Source: Balanoglossus misakiensis (taxonomy: Eukaryota > Animalia > Hemichordata). From it: 64,000 nucleotides of DNA. The DNA lies in assembly GCA_040954595.2 (NCBI GenBank), contig CM082585.2, positions 9,164,564-9,228,563 on the forward strand, given 5' to 3'. The notes below the pieces were generated by a model that was given only the letters and a program-made list of their open reading frames with translations, was not told the DNA's origin and made no database searches. Within the stretch, counting starts at the first letter, position 1; the number at the start of each line of letters is the position of its first letter. Positions 34,120 through 52,965 of the stretch are shown in pieces. The position numbers and the translations under genes were made by a program.

Positions 34120-34444
34120 AGAAATCAGTCTTATCTTCTCATCATAGTACAACTTATTTCCCAGGAAATCACTGTCGGTCAGGCTGTCTAACCAACTAAT
34201 AAGGTTAACACAATATATGGGACTAAGTATTCAATTAATATATTTAGTTTGGCGGCACCTGGAGTTAAAGGCCAGATACCTATACCACTAGATGTACTTT
34301 TGATAATAAAATAAAAGTTCAGCACCGGAGATTGTAATGTAATAATGATTCATATGGATGTCATATCCGGGAACGAGATCTCTCCCTTTCTGCCAAAGAT
34401 TAAACAGATATCTGGTTGCATACTGATACAGGATGTTAGGGAGG

Positions 34445-39411
<4,967 letters not shown>

Positions 39412-42400
39412 GTAGAAGCGTTTTCAGGTCGAAATACGATTCTGTGAGGCTGTAATTTTAAGAAGAAATGACTTCATGTTGAAAAGGTTGTTTAGAAGAG
39501 AAATTGGCAAGCGAGTCACAGATTGAAGGTGGGATATGTGGATATCTTGACACAAAGAAAAAGCATCAATTTCTGAACAGTTCATAAATTGTTCAGAGAA
39601 AACTGTTTGAGGTATGCTAATAACTTGACACAAGTATGGATCAATACTTTGAACTGAAAACATTGCACATAACAAAGCTCAAATAAATGGTCTTATTTCT
39701 GACATCCACTGATGGATTACACTGTTACACAAGCAATACATCTTAAAGAAAATGACGAAAAATCAATAGCTGTCACTTTACTGAATACATGCAAATTTGA
39801 GCAGTTCTTAACAGTAGCCAGAGTGTAAATGTAGTATGGAATGACATCTGCCACAAAATCAACACCACATCTTTGCCATGATGTTTGAGATGGATTTTAA
39901 TCACTACAGATCAACATACATGTACTAGTATTTTTCCTCCACAAACATCCTACCAGGGTTTCCACCCAACTTAACCACCGCAATTCACAAACATGAAGTT
40001 CAGATCAAATTGCAAAGTACTATTAAGGCATAGAGATAACTGGTTTGCAACTTTTGTTAAGTTTGAAGTCTGGCACGACAGATGGCGGAATCTTCCCTTC
40101 AATGACATCATTGCCATTAGCTCTGACTCACACCAGCATTTCAACGAGATAACAGCTTTCACCTTGAAGTACTCCCTTGTGACATGGTGTGTAGTATTAA
40201 ATTAAATGGGAAATCACACGCACCTATTGCTACATTAGACCATCAACTATCTTTAGTCATTGTCTTTTTATGTTTCATAACACAACCAGTACATACATGT
40301 ATGACATGAATGGGTGCTGTTGGGTTTGAGTTCAGTATGTATTGGATTTTTGCTCAGACCTTTCTTAGGTGTATTGTTATAAGTTTATTGTTGCACTATC
40401 AGTACCACCAGCCTGTAAAAACTCTCAATACTATTAAGTTCAAAGTACAAGTATGTGAGTTGACAGAACTGTCTGTGCAGGTGTCAGTATAAGTGGGTCA
40501 GTGTAAAGTAGTTCTGGCTTCAGTTAACTTACTTATTATTGATTTTTTCCAATATTAGTCACTAAAACAGTCACACACCCGCCAAACATAAAATCTGAAA
40601 CAAGGAAGTTTAGAAGCAAAAAAACAAAACGTTCAGTTGTTTCCCTAGATGCGCAAAGGTGCACTGTGAAACAACAAGCTGAAGTTGGAATGTATTCAGG
40701 TTGGTGGGTGGGGTCAGTTTTTGTATCACGACATCTATTGTCCCATTTCTAAAATTAAATAAGAAAGGGGAAATTTGAAGTTTCTGTAGTACCATCAAGA
40801 CAGCCAGCATGAGTCATCCCTCTTGTACTGTGTGTAAATCACAACAACTTACCATCCCTTCCCATTTCATCACTTGTTTTTTTTAACTCAAAACAAACAA
40901 GAATTTCAACAAGAAAGGTACACAAACTGGGCAGCTTGAATACAGTACCTAGACAGACACCCACAATCTTCCTTGTTTCTGTTTCATAAGTAAATAAGCA
41001 GATGGTTTCAATAAGGTTATAGATTAAGAATCAGTTTGGGTTTCGGTAAGATCTGGTTGTTCCTGTATGCAACAATAACCTCCTATTGCAGAGCTCTGTA
41101 GTATTCTCTATCTGGTCACATAGACACAAGTGTTGTTGTTGTTCTTACAAGCTTGCAAACTTGCCGCGTAAAACTCCCTGAGATCCATATAACGATTTCC
41201 ACAAAGGTTTTCTTTTGTGGTTTCAATCCTGAAAAGCTGGCACTACGGTTCAGTAGACACCAACAGCCATATTTGTTGTCAGTGTTGGGGTCAAAAAGGG
41301 CCATCCTTTCATCATTTAGAATATATAGCCAGACATTTGTGGGTTGATACAACCTGAACCCACCACTGACCAGGCTAAATTCTAAACTAATAGGCAGTTG
41401 TCAGAAAATGCAAGCCACAAAAGGTAGTCAGACAGCCCTTTCTCCTGGAAACACACTTTACAACTAAATATATTACCTTTGACAGCGGTATAATTAGTCT
41501 TCATGGGGCTATCAGTAGGTAGGCATGTCCATCAGAAAGTTACAAGCATTGACGAGGCGGCCCCGTCTTCTATTTAATTTTTATTAGGACACTCTCTGGG
41601 TGGCAGATGTGATATTATGTCTGTATAAATAGCACAGAAGGTTGCCACTTATTTTGGGATATCTGTGAGTCATCTGTGATTTGAAATGACTCAGTTTTCA
41701 AGTAGTGGACAGAAGCCATTACAGGCACAATGCTTCAGAAGTCTTCAGTCATTAATACTCATATACTTCAATTTAATTTAAACCCTTGTGTTTTACTGTA
41801 TTACTGTGTGAATATGCAAATTACATATTTTGCATACATTTGCCAAATATTGTCATGCATGTATGGGCCTTTTTTGCACGAAACAACACCAGACACTACA
41901 CAAAAACATGCATCTTTGGAGGAAATGACACTTACCAAAAAGTATTCCTGATGCATGTAAGGAAGGAAATGAAGAGAAAGTGAGAATCCTGTGGTGAAAT
42001 GAAATCAACATGCCGTGGTGATTTTATACCTGCGACATACGTGGAACTTACATGTAGGTTGTGCTAGGACTGAAAATTAACGTTATGATCACTGAACACA
42101 TTAAATGTAGCTGTTATATGGCATAAGTTCAGCCATCATCATGCAGCCTTATTGAAATGCTACCACAGTTTCCGCACCATCCATTTGTGTATGTCACATT
42201 TCATGTCTGTGGTGGGCTTGCCTGGTCGAGGCTGGCCTCACACCTAACAGATGAGTCTATCAATACAAACTGTAGCTCATCATCACCAAAGAGGAACATC
42301 TCCATGTAAACGCTAAATTAGGAATATATTGTTTTGACAGTGACGACTATCACGCACACAATGATCTGTGCAACAGAAAGGAACTTCTCCATAAACACTA

Positions 42401-45400
42401 AATTGTGAATACTGGGGTACATAAAATTCTGTGACAGTTTGAAGATACAGAGTCAGGCTATTTATTATCTTTAGTTCGACATTTTCATGGAAATTACTTG
42501 CGAAGACTGAAACTCATAAAATGTTAATCTCTCCAAGGCATTACAGTGTCACTTTATATGCACTATAAATTTTTACTCATAAATTTCAAATGAAACCCAT
42601 AACTTTACAGAAAATTGGAAATAATAAAATTAATGACTGAAATATATAACAGCTGATACGTACATAATAATGTGGAAAGGGCAGGTAATTGTGTCTTGGG
42701 ATATAATTATGGATACCTTTGTTTCTTATGAAAAATGATTCACGCTGTTCAGCTCTGACACGCCATCCATCGTACATGTAGATTTATTGGTCGTAAAATC
42801 TTAGCCTTTGTGTGAGTACATGTAACACTGCAGAAACACCTTTAATAGCATGATTTCTGGTATAAGCTATAAATGTGGTCATTAAACAGCACCGTTGCCT
42901 TATCTACATGCTCAATGAAAACAGCGTTTAACAAAATTTTCAGCACAACAAGCAAACAAACATCAACAAAAATGCCATGCCAAAATCTACGAAATTCTCC
43001 TGGCTACCCCTTTTAATACAGTTGTTCCAGTATGTAGATCGACAACACAAAAAAATATTTACCAACTGAATGTGACCTTTGAACCCAGAGTCCACCACAA
43101 CAGCCTAGTGATGTCACCATATTTACATTTATGTGGTAATGTACACAGAACTAAATCAAAGGTCTGTGTAGAGAGTGCAATCCAATGCTTTTGTATTTTC
43201 AACAAAGAACTTCCCTACCTCAAAAATCTAATATATATTATCTCACTTCCCTATCTTGCGCATTTCTATTACGGACAATTAAATTTGGCTCGGACTAAAT
43301 TAATCTTATCCCAGAGAATTTTTTTTCAGCAATTGATCATCCACCAATAAATCTTAAACCCCCATTATGGCAAGATTGAATATAAGTTTGTGAAACCCTC
43401 TGCAGACCTTTACATTGTCATGTGTGACAGTTATGTTCACACAACGTGTCACAGTATGTTGCTGTTGCTTTTCATAAGTCCAAACATAGACTGACTTTAA
43501 AACACCGATATCGCACAACTTGCTTTCACTCCCACACAGGTGTACAATGGTCAGCATAGGTCGGAATGTGTCAATAAATCAAACCATTGTCCGCGCAGTG
43601 AAAACATCTATTCTTTGAAACACTGATTTATACAATGTACAGACGTAAGCAGCCACAGTGTGTGGTTTTACTCCAAAACAAAGTTGTATATTAGATCACT
43701 CTGGCTGCCTGGGTACTAGCGGTAGCATGCATTAACTGACTTGCAAATCAGACATTCAGAATGTACTGGGTCTGGTGTTATATTTTGCAAGTGACAGTGG
43801 CAGGATCTGTCAATGAGAATTCCTTGAACAACTTGACTGGGAATTCAAAGTAGCATAGCACTCTAGGGCTCTTCAGAGCAAAACACTGATAAGGTGTAGC
43901 CATAGATTTGACCTTGGTACAGCCATTTCTGCAAGTTACACCTCCAACCCTACCATGGTTCCATATCAACAGTTTGAATATCATCACAGAGCATTCAGAA
44001 TAGTAGACAAGAAATGTACTGGTATTCAGACAGAATAGTACGATCAACAAGTGATATTTGCACATGCCATGTTTCTCTAATGTTTCCAAGTGAAACATCA
44101 CAACTAATCACATATGAAGATTATACCTGTGCTTCACATGTGGTGAGTTGCAATGTAAGGAACTTTGACCTGTCGTCAGCTATCTGCATCACTGCCATAA
44201 TCCCAATATTTATCTCTCCCAACTGGGACTTTAGAGTTTTGAATGATCACAATGGAGACCGGAACTTCTGAATTATTTATTCTGTGAAGTATTGCCTTCA
44301 GGTTGAAGATAGGAAATGATATAATCACAACCGGTGCATTTCTTCTCGATATGATCATATTACATAAACACCTTGGACAGGAAATGCAAAGAAAACCTAC
44401 AAAACTGGCACATGTTATTACAAACACAACCGCAAAAAGTACACGACATTTTTATATGATCCATTCCACTATGAAAGCGTTATTGTGATAAAATGTACGA
44501 AAACACTGCATTCCTACACTGTGATCACTGACCTCAACTGATCATATGCAAGGTAACTATGACTCACCCAGTGACCTTATATTAATTATACCTAATTTGC
44601 AAACAGCTGTGCAAATGCCCGCAACTGTAGCTTCGACCTTCAATTTTAAATCGATGTCATCTCTGTGCTGCATCAATATTTATTTCTCTGAGTTTTATGG
44701 AATGAGGAACTTATAGTTACTGGGAAGTGTCGGCTGAACTGAATTTGGAAAGATGTTATTTTTTAATATTGACATGTTGGAAAACCTGTTCTTAGTTCTT
44801 CATTTAAAATAAGGCTGGGCCATTGCTCATCTTGAGTCATAGTACACAGTCACCTGACACAGAGACCATTGTTGCCATACAGGAAAATGCCTTTAATACT
44901 AAGATGCATGCAATTTCTTGTTTTAATATTTTTGTTCAAACAGCAATCGAAACTAGTAATCAGATTCTGGTAACCTTTTAACACCATAAATGTCATGAAT
45001 GTCACTGGATTGGACCTATATCAAAACCGAGTTTAACATTCCATTGCTTACGTGTGACAACTGAATTCTAGAGGAAGATGAGTTTAATATCCATGATGGT
45101 TAAATTCATCTTATCACAGAACGTGGATTTTAATTCAGTTGTCACAGATAAACTTTAATTAAACAAGCTAATTAATAATAATAATAGAGTTAAGAAGGAT
45201 AAACAATGCAATATGTCATTGTCAAAAGATAACTTTATGAGTAAGCTGTCAAACGCTTATCAAAGTGATATGTTAATGAAACCATATTACAGTAAACAGT
45301 CATCAGTAACGTAATATTGGAGGGAATGAAAATACTAGTATCTGACGAGACAGAAAGGAGGTTTCTTTCGTGGTCTTGACAGATATATGTGTACTGTACA

Positions 45401-45682
45401 AATAATTAGTGCACTCGAAAGTAATGTGGATGTGGGTGGATCGGCGTGCAATTCCAACACACTGATCGCATTCCTATACCACAGACTACGATAGAAGGCG
45501 ATCAACGCGAGTACCTCGAAGTATGTGAACGTCAGTCCTCTTATGAACTTGTAATGCACCGGCCACAAACACGTAATGTAAACTTGCTGTCCATTTCTCT
45601 CCAGTGCTGACTATGTGACTGTGATAGAAATGTGACAAGGCCTCACGATCGCTCTTCGAAAACACACAGAAGATTTGCCTAC

Positions 45683-46100
45683 CTGTACTTCCCGAGAGAA
45701 GAACTCACAGAACGTATGTAGGCAGTCGTAAATCTGTTCACGACCGTGGAAAAAAACTTAATTTCTCCACCAGAAACTCGATCAGCAGTCCTGATTCGAT
45801 ACAGTCGAAGTTATCAGCAGGAAGTTGTCGGCCAAGATGGCTGAAAATATTGTTCCGCGGGTAATAAAGTATCACAAAATATTGCAAAGTACAGATTGTT
45901 GCTCGACGCGGGTAGACACATAAAACTGTTCAGACTTAATCCGAAAGAATTTACTATAATGGCATGAATAGTGGAAATTTCGCCGAAATGGCCAAGGTTT
46001 TGTTTGATTCCTGCGTTGCAAACAGGCGGAAGTGCCGTTTTATGAGCTCGTTGTTCATATCATTCCGCTGGAAATGTGAACCCGGAAGTGTCCCCACTGC
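45683..46100 (-). promoter_or_regulatory. Putative non-coding first exon and promoter of the PAK gene
   Basis: Minus-strand donor (ag|gtaggc) at 45683/45682 pairs with the acceptor at 39450/39449 just upstream of the PAK ATG, giving a 6.2-kb intron. CpG-enriched, with YY1-like CAAGATGGC (~45833) and ETS CGGAAGTG (~46027, ~46083). Confidence 0.55.
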
Positions 46101-48143
46101 ATAACAAACGTGAAGCCAAACACACTGCATAATGAACAACGAAGGGCCAAAACTATATGTTATAAATTGTTCACGGTAAAGCAATTTGTTGACGAGAGAG
46201 AGAGAGAGTGTGTGTTTGTACTTGCAACAGGAAATGTATTCTGGCTTTGTACACATTTTAAACAGCAACAAATGCTGGTATCAAATTATTATGGACTTGG
46301 CATTTTACTTGTTTGAAATCAATTCTCTCATTTTGCCACTTTTTATATATGAATATATATTGTGACATGTTTTTTCCTTCAATGATACCTTTCCCATTTG
46401 TGGTAGATAGTGTCATTATTTTATTAAAAATACTGGTAGGCAATACTATTTCTGAAATTCAGACCAGCTTTCTTGGAAATATGACATAAATCTGGTGTAT
46501 AATTCACATTTCCTGATTCCACAGAATGCATGTTTTCATTGGAATTTTTAAAAAATATATATAAACCATTTGTAAAAATATAGTCCCATGTCTCTATTTT
46601 ACTACATACCGAAATGGTAAGTTTACCATAACATCTCAAACCACGAAAAACACTGACGTGCTAGTAGAAATTAAGTGTTTATAATTATTCATACCTATGC
46701 ATATATCAAACAACGCCCCCTATAAACTGATTATCAAAGTACTTTTGTTTTATACAAGTTGTAACAGATCCCAGCAGGTCTCCAAATGCAGCTTTTTTGT
46801 CCTTTTGGTGAATTGTTCACAAACTTGTAAAATTTTATAGTTTACAAATAAATAAAAGAAACAGAAAACCATGTTTTTATTGTTTTAAATTTATTTTAAT
46901 AAAAAGAGGTCTTTCTTGTGAAGTATGTACTGGGCTGGCAACACCACAAAATCTTTGCCCATCCTAGATTCCCTCAACCCCTGATTTTGCATTGGTAGGC
47001 TCACCAGCACCACTGATTAAACTTAACAGGTTAGAGCATTCCATTGGCAAGTAGGGAATGGAAGGCTACAAGCCGAGGAGCCGTTCCCAAATAATACAAT
47101 ACATGTACTTGCAAAAATGTAAATGTGAAAATTCCCAGAACGAAGAGTTTTAAAAAAAGACTTGCTTCACAGAAATTGAAAATTGACATCCTGTCATTCA
47201 GATTTATTTGAAAAAAAAAATACAGCGTATGAAAATATATCTGAGTAACTAGGCTAAAAGAATTTCATGTAAAACTGGCATTTAAAAACATAGATGTTTC
47301 ACAGAAATCAAATATTTAGACTTTCTGGAAGATGTGCTTGGGGGAAAAAAAGAGGAAATCTTGCTGTTTCTCACAATAAACAAGACAGAAAAGACAAAAT
47401 CTGAATGTTCTGAATTGTGCACATGTGGTAAGAACAAATCACACACTTTGTACTTTTACATCTGTGAACAATTATCGTAGCACTAAAAAGTGAGAGAATG
47501 AATAAATAAGTTACCAAGTCTTCTTTTTTGTGAATTCAGTATTTTACAGTAGCTGCTCAAAGCTTTGCAACTATGCAAGCCAATAAATTACTCATAAAAC
47601 TTGCTGAATTGCAGACTAGTTTGCTTTTGCCAATAACCTTTGATACACTTTGTCATGGTGTAGGTACTTGTGCCAGAGATGGTAAGGCAGAAATACACAA
47701 AGTCAACAGGAACTATGGAACAGAACAAAACAAAACAAATATGTTTGTTGATTTTCATTCATGGGCACATGGTACAATAACATCTGTCAAAAAACCCCAA
47801 CACCATCAATAAAATTATTTAAAAAAAAACAGTTTTGACTAATATATTCTTGTGGCAAGCCATTATGCTCACTTCAAAAAAAGTTTGTCTACCTCACTGA
47901 AAAAGGATTGACACCAAAGACACCAGGTGTTAGTTTAAGTCTTTTTGTTTGTTAGAAAAACAAGAGGAGAAAATTACAAATTTTGACTGTCATTAAAAAT
48001 AGAATATGGCTGCCTTCAGGACATAAACAGTCACAGCCGCCAAGTGATGGCATAACCCCCCTCCCCACCCCCTCTCAGAATGACGAGTCCTCTTTGGAAA
48101 ACATCTCCTGGGCCAATGTCAAAGCCATGCCAGGCCTTCAGGA

Positions 48144-51100
48144 TCAGGGCATTGCTGGCACAGTCATAGGCTTGGGTTTTCTTCTGCTACTTTCCAACTC
48201 CAATCTGAAGTACTCTATCGTTCTGTTGATGCCGTCGGCCAGTGGAATCTGTCAGAGTAACAAGAAGTCAATTGATCAATCTTAGGTCAATACTGGAGAT
48301 ATCCTCCAGGAAAAATACTAGTACCTCCTCACTGATCAAAATTCATGTAAGTGAATAACGAAATAGGAACACAGGATTATTGTCCTTACCTTTGGCTGCC
48401 ATCCAAGTAGTTTTTTGGCTTTTCGAATATCTGGTTTTCTTCTCTGTGGATCATCTTCTGCAGCTGCTACATTTTTGATGACACTGCGAGAAGCACCTGT
48501 CATGGCGATGAAAATCAGAGATGTTTTATAAATTGAATTGAACCTGGGTAACATTATTTTAGTCTGCATGAAATGATATGGTGCTGAATGAAAAATATGA
48601 TTCCAAATGTTCTCGATGGAACAAAATGAACATAGGAATTTTAAATTAATCACTTACCAACTGAATTTTTAATAATTTCTGCAAATTCCATGATAGTATG
48701 TTCTTCGGGATTTCCCTAAAATAGATTTTGACAAAAAAAAGGATGAAGTGTTGTCAGACTACTACCCGGGTACTCTACCATCAAGCGATATTAAAGTCAA
48801 ATCAGTCAAATTCACAAAATATTCGCACTTACCACATTCACTGGGGAGGAGACATTACTGTTCATCAGCGCAATGAGTCCATCTACTAAATCACTGGATA
48901 TTTACAAAGAAGAAAGAAAAAGAGAAGTATTGTCACCTAAGCTGTTCAAATCATTAATGCATTAGACATACTATTGTGACATCACGGCAAAAGTCTAGCC
49001 AAATTAACTACATTGTAGTTTCCATGGCAACATTACCTGACATATTGGAATGACCTCGTCTGTTTTCCAGTCCCAAAGATTGTGATTGGCTCGTCCTGCA
49101 GGGCCTGGAGGATGAAATTACTGACCACTCGCCCATCATTCATGTGCATTCTGGGCCCAAAAGTGTTGAAAATACGCGCAACTCGAACCTCTACATTTTC
49201 CTTTGAAAAGAAAACAGAATATATCAACAACTGAATGTTGTAAGACTACACATTTTAAAACTGTGTTGACTTTACAATCATGTATCTGCATGCCATGTGT
49301 TTATGTGAGGCACAGACATGTGGTGCATACAACAACATGTATTGTTTGTGTATCATGAATTCTGATTATACAGTAGTATTATTAAAAAAGATTTTCACAA
49401 TCATCAACACATACACACATACCTGTTTTGCATATGCATAACACATAGCCTCTGCGATTCTTTTTCCCTCATCATAGCAAGCCCTTGGACCAATAGGATT
49501 GACATGGCCCCAGTAATCTTCACTCTGGGGATGTACTTCAGGGTCTGTTATATTCACCAAAATAAAAAATAATTAAATTTAAAATTATGGGATAGGCTTC
49601 ACACCAACCCCTACATTTATTATTACAGTATCCTGGATAAAATGCTGCATTTTCTTTCATTCCTTACCTCCATACACTTCTGATGTTGATGCCAGCAGAA
49701 GCCTGGCCCGTACCCTCCTGGCCAATCCAAGCATATTGAGCGTTCCAATAGAGTTGGTCTTGATTGTTTTGATTGGATTGTACATGTAATGTGGCGGCGA
49801 GGCAGGGGAGGCCAGGTGATATATCTGATCCACTGCAAAAAATAAATAGTTGCTTTGAAACATTTTTTGATTGAATTCATGTTAAACTGCTTAAAGTCCT
49901 TGTACCTTTAGACATGCAAGCAACATATCTGTAACATACGTGCACAATATTCTCAGCTAGCATACTTTTAAGCTAATCTTCCATGAAAATTGACTTATTT
50001 ATAAACAGAAAAATGTGGGAAAATGATATTTATTACACTACCTACCTTCAATTAACAGGGGCTCAACAATATCATGGTTGATCAGCTCGAAGTTCTCGTG
50101 ACCAACCCAGTGTTCAACATTTCTCTTTCGTCCGGTGAAAAAATTATCAACAACAGTGACTTCATGGCCTTCCTTCATCAGTCTGTCCACAAGATGGGAA
50201 CCCACGAAACCCGCACCGCCGGTGATCTGCAAATAGACAAACAGATAACTATGATTTTCAATTTATAGATATTGGAACAATATTTCAATGGTCTGTTAAA
50301 CATATAAGAATGGTGGATCTACCATCTAATCTATATGTAACATATATGCAGGAAATAGTTTTAATACACTATGGATAATCTATTCACTTTTAATATTTTC
50401 ACTACTGCACGTTCTATGGTTAGTGTCATTCCAAGAATACTTACCAATATCCTTTTTCTGTCTTTTTCTGTTAAAAATTTAACATCTGGGTAAGATTTTC
50501 TGCTTCTGTTTTGCAAAAGTAAAAGATAAAAAAATAAATAACTGACACACAACTGTGTGCTATATATGTTGTACATAAAGGCTGGTGGCCTAAGGTAATT
50601 TCCATGTGGTATATTAACATATCAAAACTGTTCATGCTAACTTACCCTCTTTCTAGCATTGCTATCCTTTGCTCCATTGGCCTTATGATCTGGACAGAAT
50701 TATAAGAAAAAGAGCATGTTGTCTGATCACTGATCATAGCTATAACACACAGCTGTGCACCAGACAAAGTAGTCTGCACAGAATTTCTTGTTAAAGGATT
50801 TTTAAGTCAAGTACTCAAACATTTCTTTACATAAAGAGCCAGTCCTACCTCTGTAAGTTCATTCCTTATATCTGATAGGATATCGTCATTTTTTGACCTA
50901 GAACATAATTATAACACATTAAGAGAAAAATAAATTTGCAGTGTTAGGCCATATCATTTTAATTCCCATATTGAGTTATTGAGAGAAAAAGCTACTGAAA
51001 ATTGTAATTTCAGTCAGGCAATTCTTTGAAATGGACAGTTCCATATGCTCATATGTTTAAATTGCTTGATGGATGAATGAACAGTGGTAAATAGGACTTT

Positions 51101-52062
51101 TACTAAAAATAGGATCAGGTACGCAGCACACAGAGTCCCCATCTATACATTGACCATATTTTCTGAATAAACCCAAAATAAAATTTGGTGAAATAAGGTC
51201 TGTACTCAAGTTTCAGAAATAATATTTACCTTCTTTCTTCTGCATTGTTTTCACGGTCTCCCCAACAACACACTAAAATAATTAACAAAAAGGAAAACAA
51301 TTGTATTTCCAAATATTAGCAGTCATAAAACTTCTTCAATTGAATTTCACCAGACTCGACAGAGAGAATATTAGTGTATTCATTTGTGAACGCACAGCTG
51401 GCAATATCTTTGTGTTCGTAAAAGATTAAACATATTTTTAAATGGGATTTAATCTGTAAAAACTTGGGAAAGAAATGGAAATGCTGTTTTTATTGTGAAA
51501 AATGCACCATCTGGTCATGTCAGTAAATACAGATTTCAGGAATCATATTTTACACTCTGCTTTGCTGTGTTTAGAAGAAGAAGCATTGCATTTTATATGA
51601 CACTCGACAATATTTTCCTTCGCCTCACCTTCTTTGCTTGTTTCATAAGAAAAATTAGACAGGTGCACACACTGATACCCTCAGACTTGGGAGTCGACAT
51701 TTATTATAACAATAGAGTGAAACATACATGAATACATGTACATAACGCGTCGCCTGTGTACATTCTGTAGCCAGACGAACGACTGTTTCTTTTCCTGTTA
51801 TCGTTGAATCTTTATCCTCAGTCGTAAACACAGTATAGCTACCAGCTATGTCCACTTCCTGAAGAATGCAAGAACGCCTTAAACGGTGTCGATGACAGGA
51901 CGGCTGGCCCAAAGTATTATAGGGCTTCCACTGAGAATGTAAGACGTACGATCCGATCAACGAAAGTTACTTACCGATCAGAACTGTCACAGAAATTATC
52001 AGGATAACTCCCAGCTTAAATTTTCTCCCCGGCATTTTCAGAGCAGCTATATTTATTCTCAT
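48144..52062 (-). CDS. UXS1: UDP-glucuronate decarboxylase 1 (UDP-xylose synthase)
   Basis: Type II signal anchor in exon 1 ([13 protein letters not shown]), several small stem exons, then [66 protein letters not shown] and [10 protein letters not shown]. Last exon [17 protein letters not shown]. Confidence 0.96.
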
Positions 52063-52630
52063 GCCTCGTCAAATTTCTCTGCCTCAGTTGTGAATCTCCC
52101 GCTTACCATTTCGACATAATGTAAACTATATTTCATACGCTTACCAGTAGCAAGCTTGATTTGTGATCACTGTGACCCCGATGCGGAAGTTATGAATTGT
52201 ACAACGCATGCGCCATGAACTTAGCTTACGGCTGTGCTGTGTTTCTTTCGCAAGAAGAGATTGGACATAACAAGCCACGCCTTGTTACAAACTTACCCGA
52301 TTTATCGGATAAATGTAGAGAATAAACCAGACGAGCAGTCTGAACCTGACTTTTGTGATATAAATTTATTGTAATCATTTTATCTCACTGATAGACTTCT
52401 TGGGTGACGGGCAAAAACCATAAAATGACTTCACAACGATAACCAATCACGTCCCCCCTTATCGACAGGGGTCATTGTTTTGAACCAATAACGTCTTTGG
52501 GCGCCCTTTTTGATCATACGGGGTACACAAGATAGCTTAACATCGGATTTGCAGCATTATATCACCATTTTAAGGTGGGTGCCTAGATAACCTGGTGGTT
52601 TTTGGCGAAAAGTGTATCCTACGGTAACAT
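52063..52630. promoter_or_regulatory. Bidirectional UXS1/SMC4 promoter with cell-cycle-type elements
   Basis: Head-to-head genes. CCAAT at 52443 and 52485, ATTGG at 52260, CHR-like TTTGAA at 52479, E2F-like TTTGGGCGCC at 52496 and TTTGGCGAAA at 52601, NRF1-like CGCATGCGC ~52205, ETS GCGGAAGT ~52183. Candidate SMC4 5'UTR donor near 52623. Confidence 0.6.
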
Positions 52631-52965
52631 ATACATCGCTGCTTTTTCCAGTTAAGCGTTGGACGGTTGGTGAAACATACATGTACCGCTGTTTGTGGTT
52701 TAGACGCAGTGTCACTATCAACAAGGATCAAGCATGACACAAACAACATGTGTGGTACTGGTATCTCCATGATACAAATACTGTTGTCACGTCCACGTAC
52801 ACGTCGCAAAACAATGTCTATTTCGAAAAGGCATCTTCTTTTGAATGTTTGATCAACATAGAACACTTTGACATGATCCTTCACTTTATTTCCATCATGA
52901 TTGTGAATGACACCATCTTTAAATCTTCAGGATGTTCAGTACATGTATTTTCTTTCTTTATGCAG

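Noticed and set aside
39450-45682. Many 60-107-aa ORFs in the long PAK first intron
   Set aside because: AT-rich, mostly non-ATG starts and no domain signal; consistent with random intronic ORFs. No nested gene or transposase was seen.
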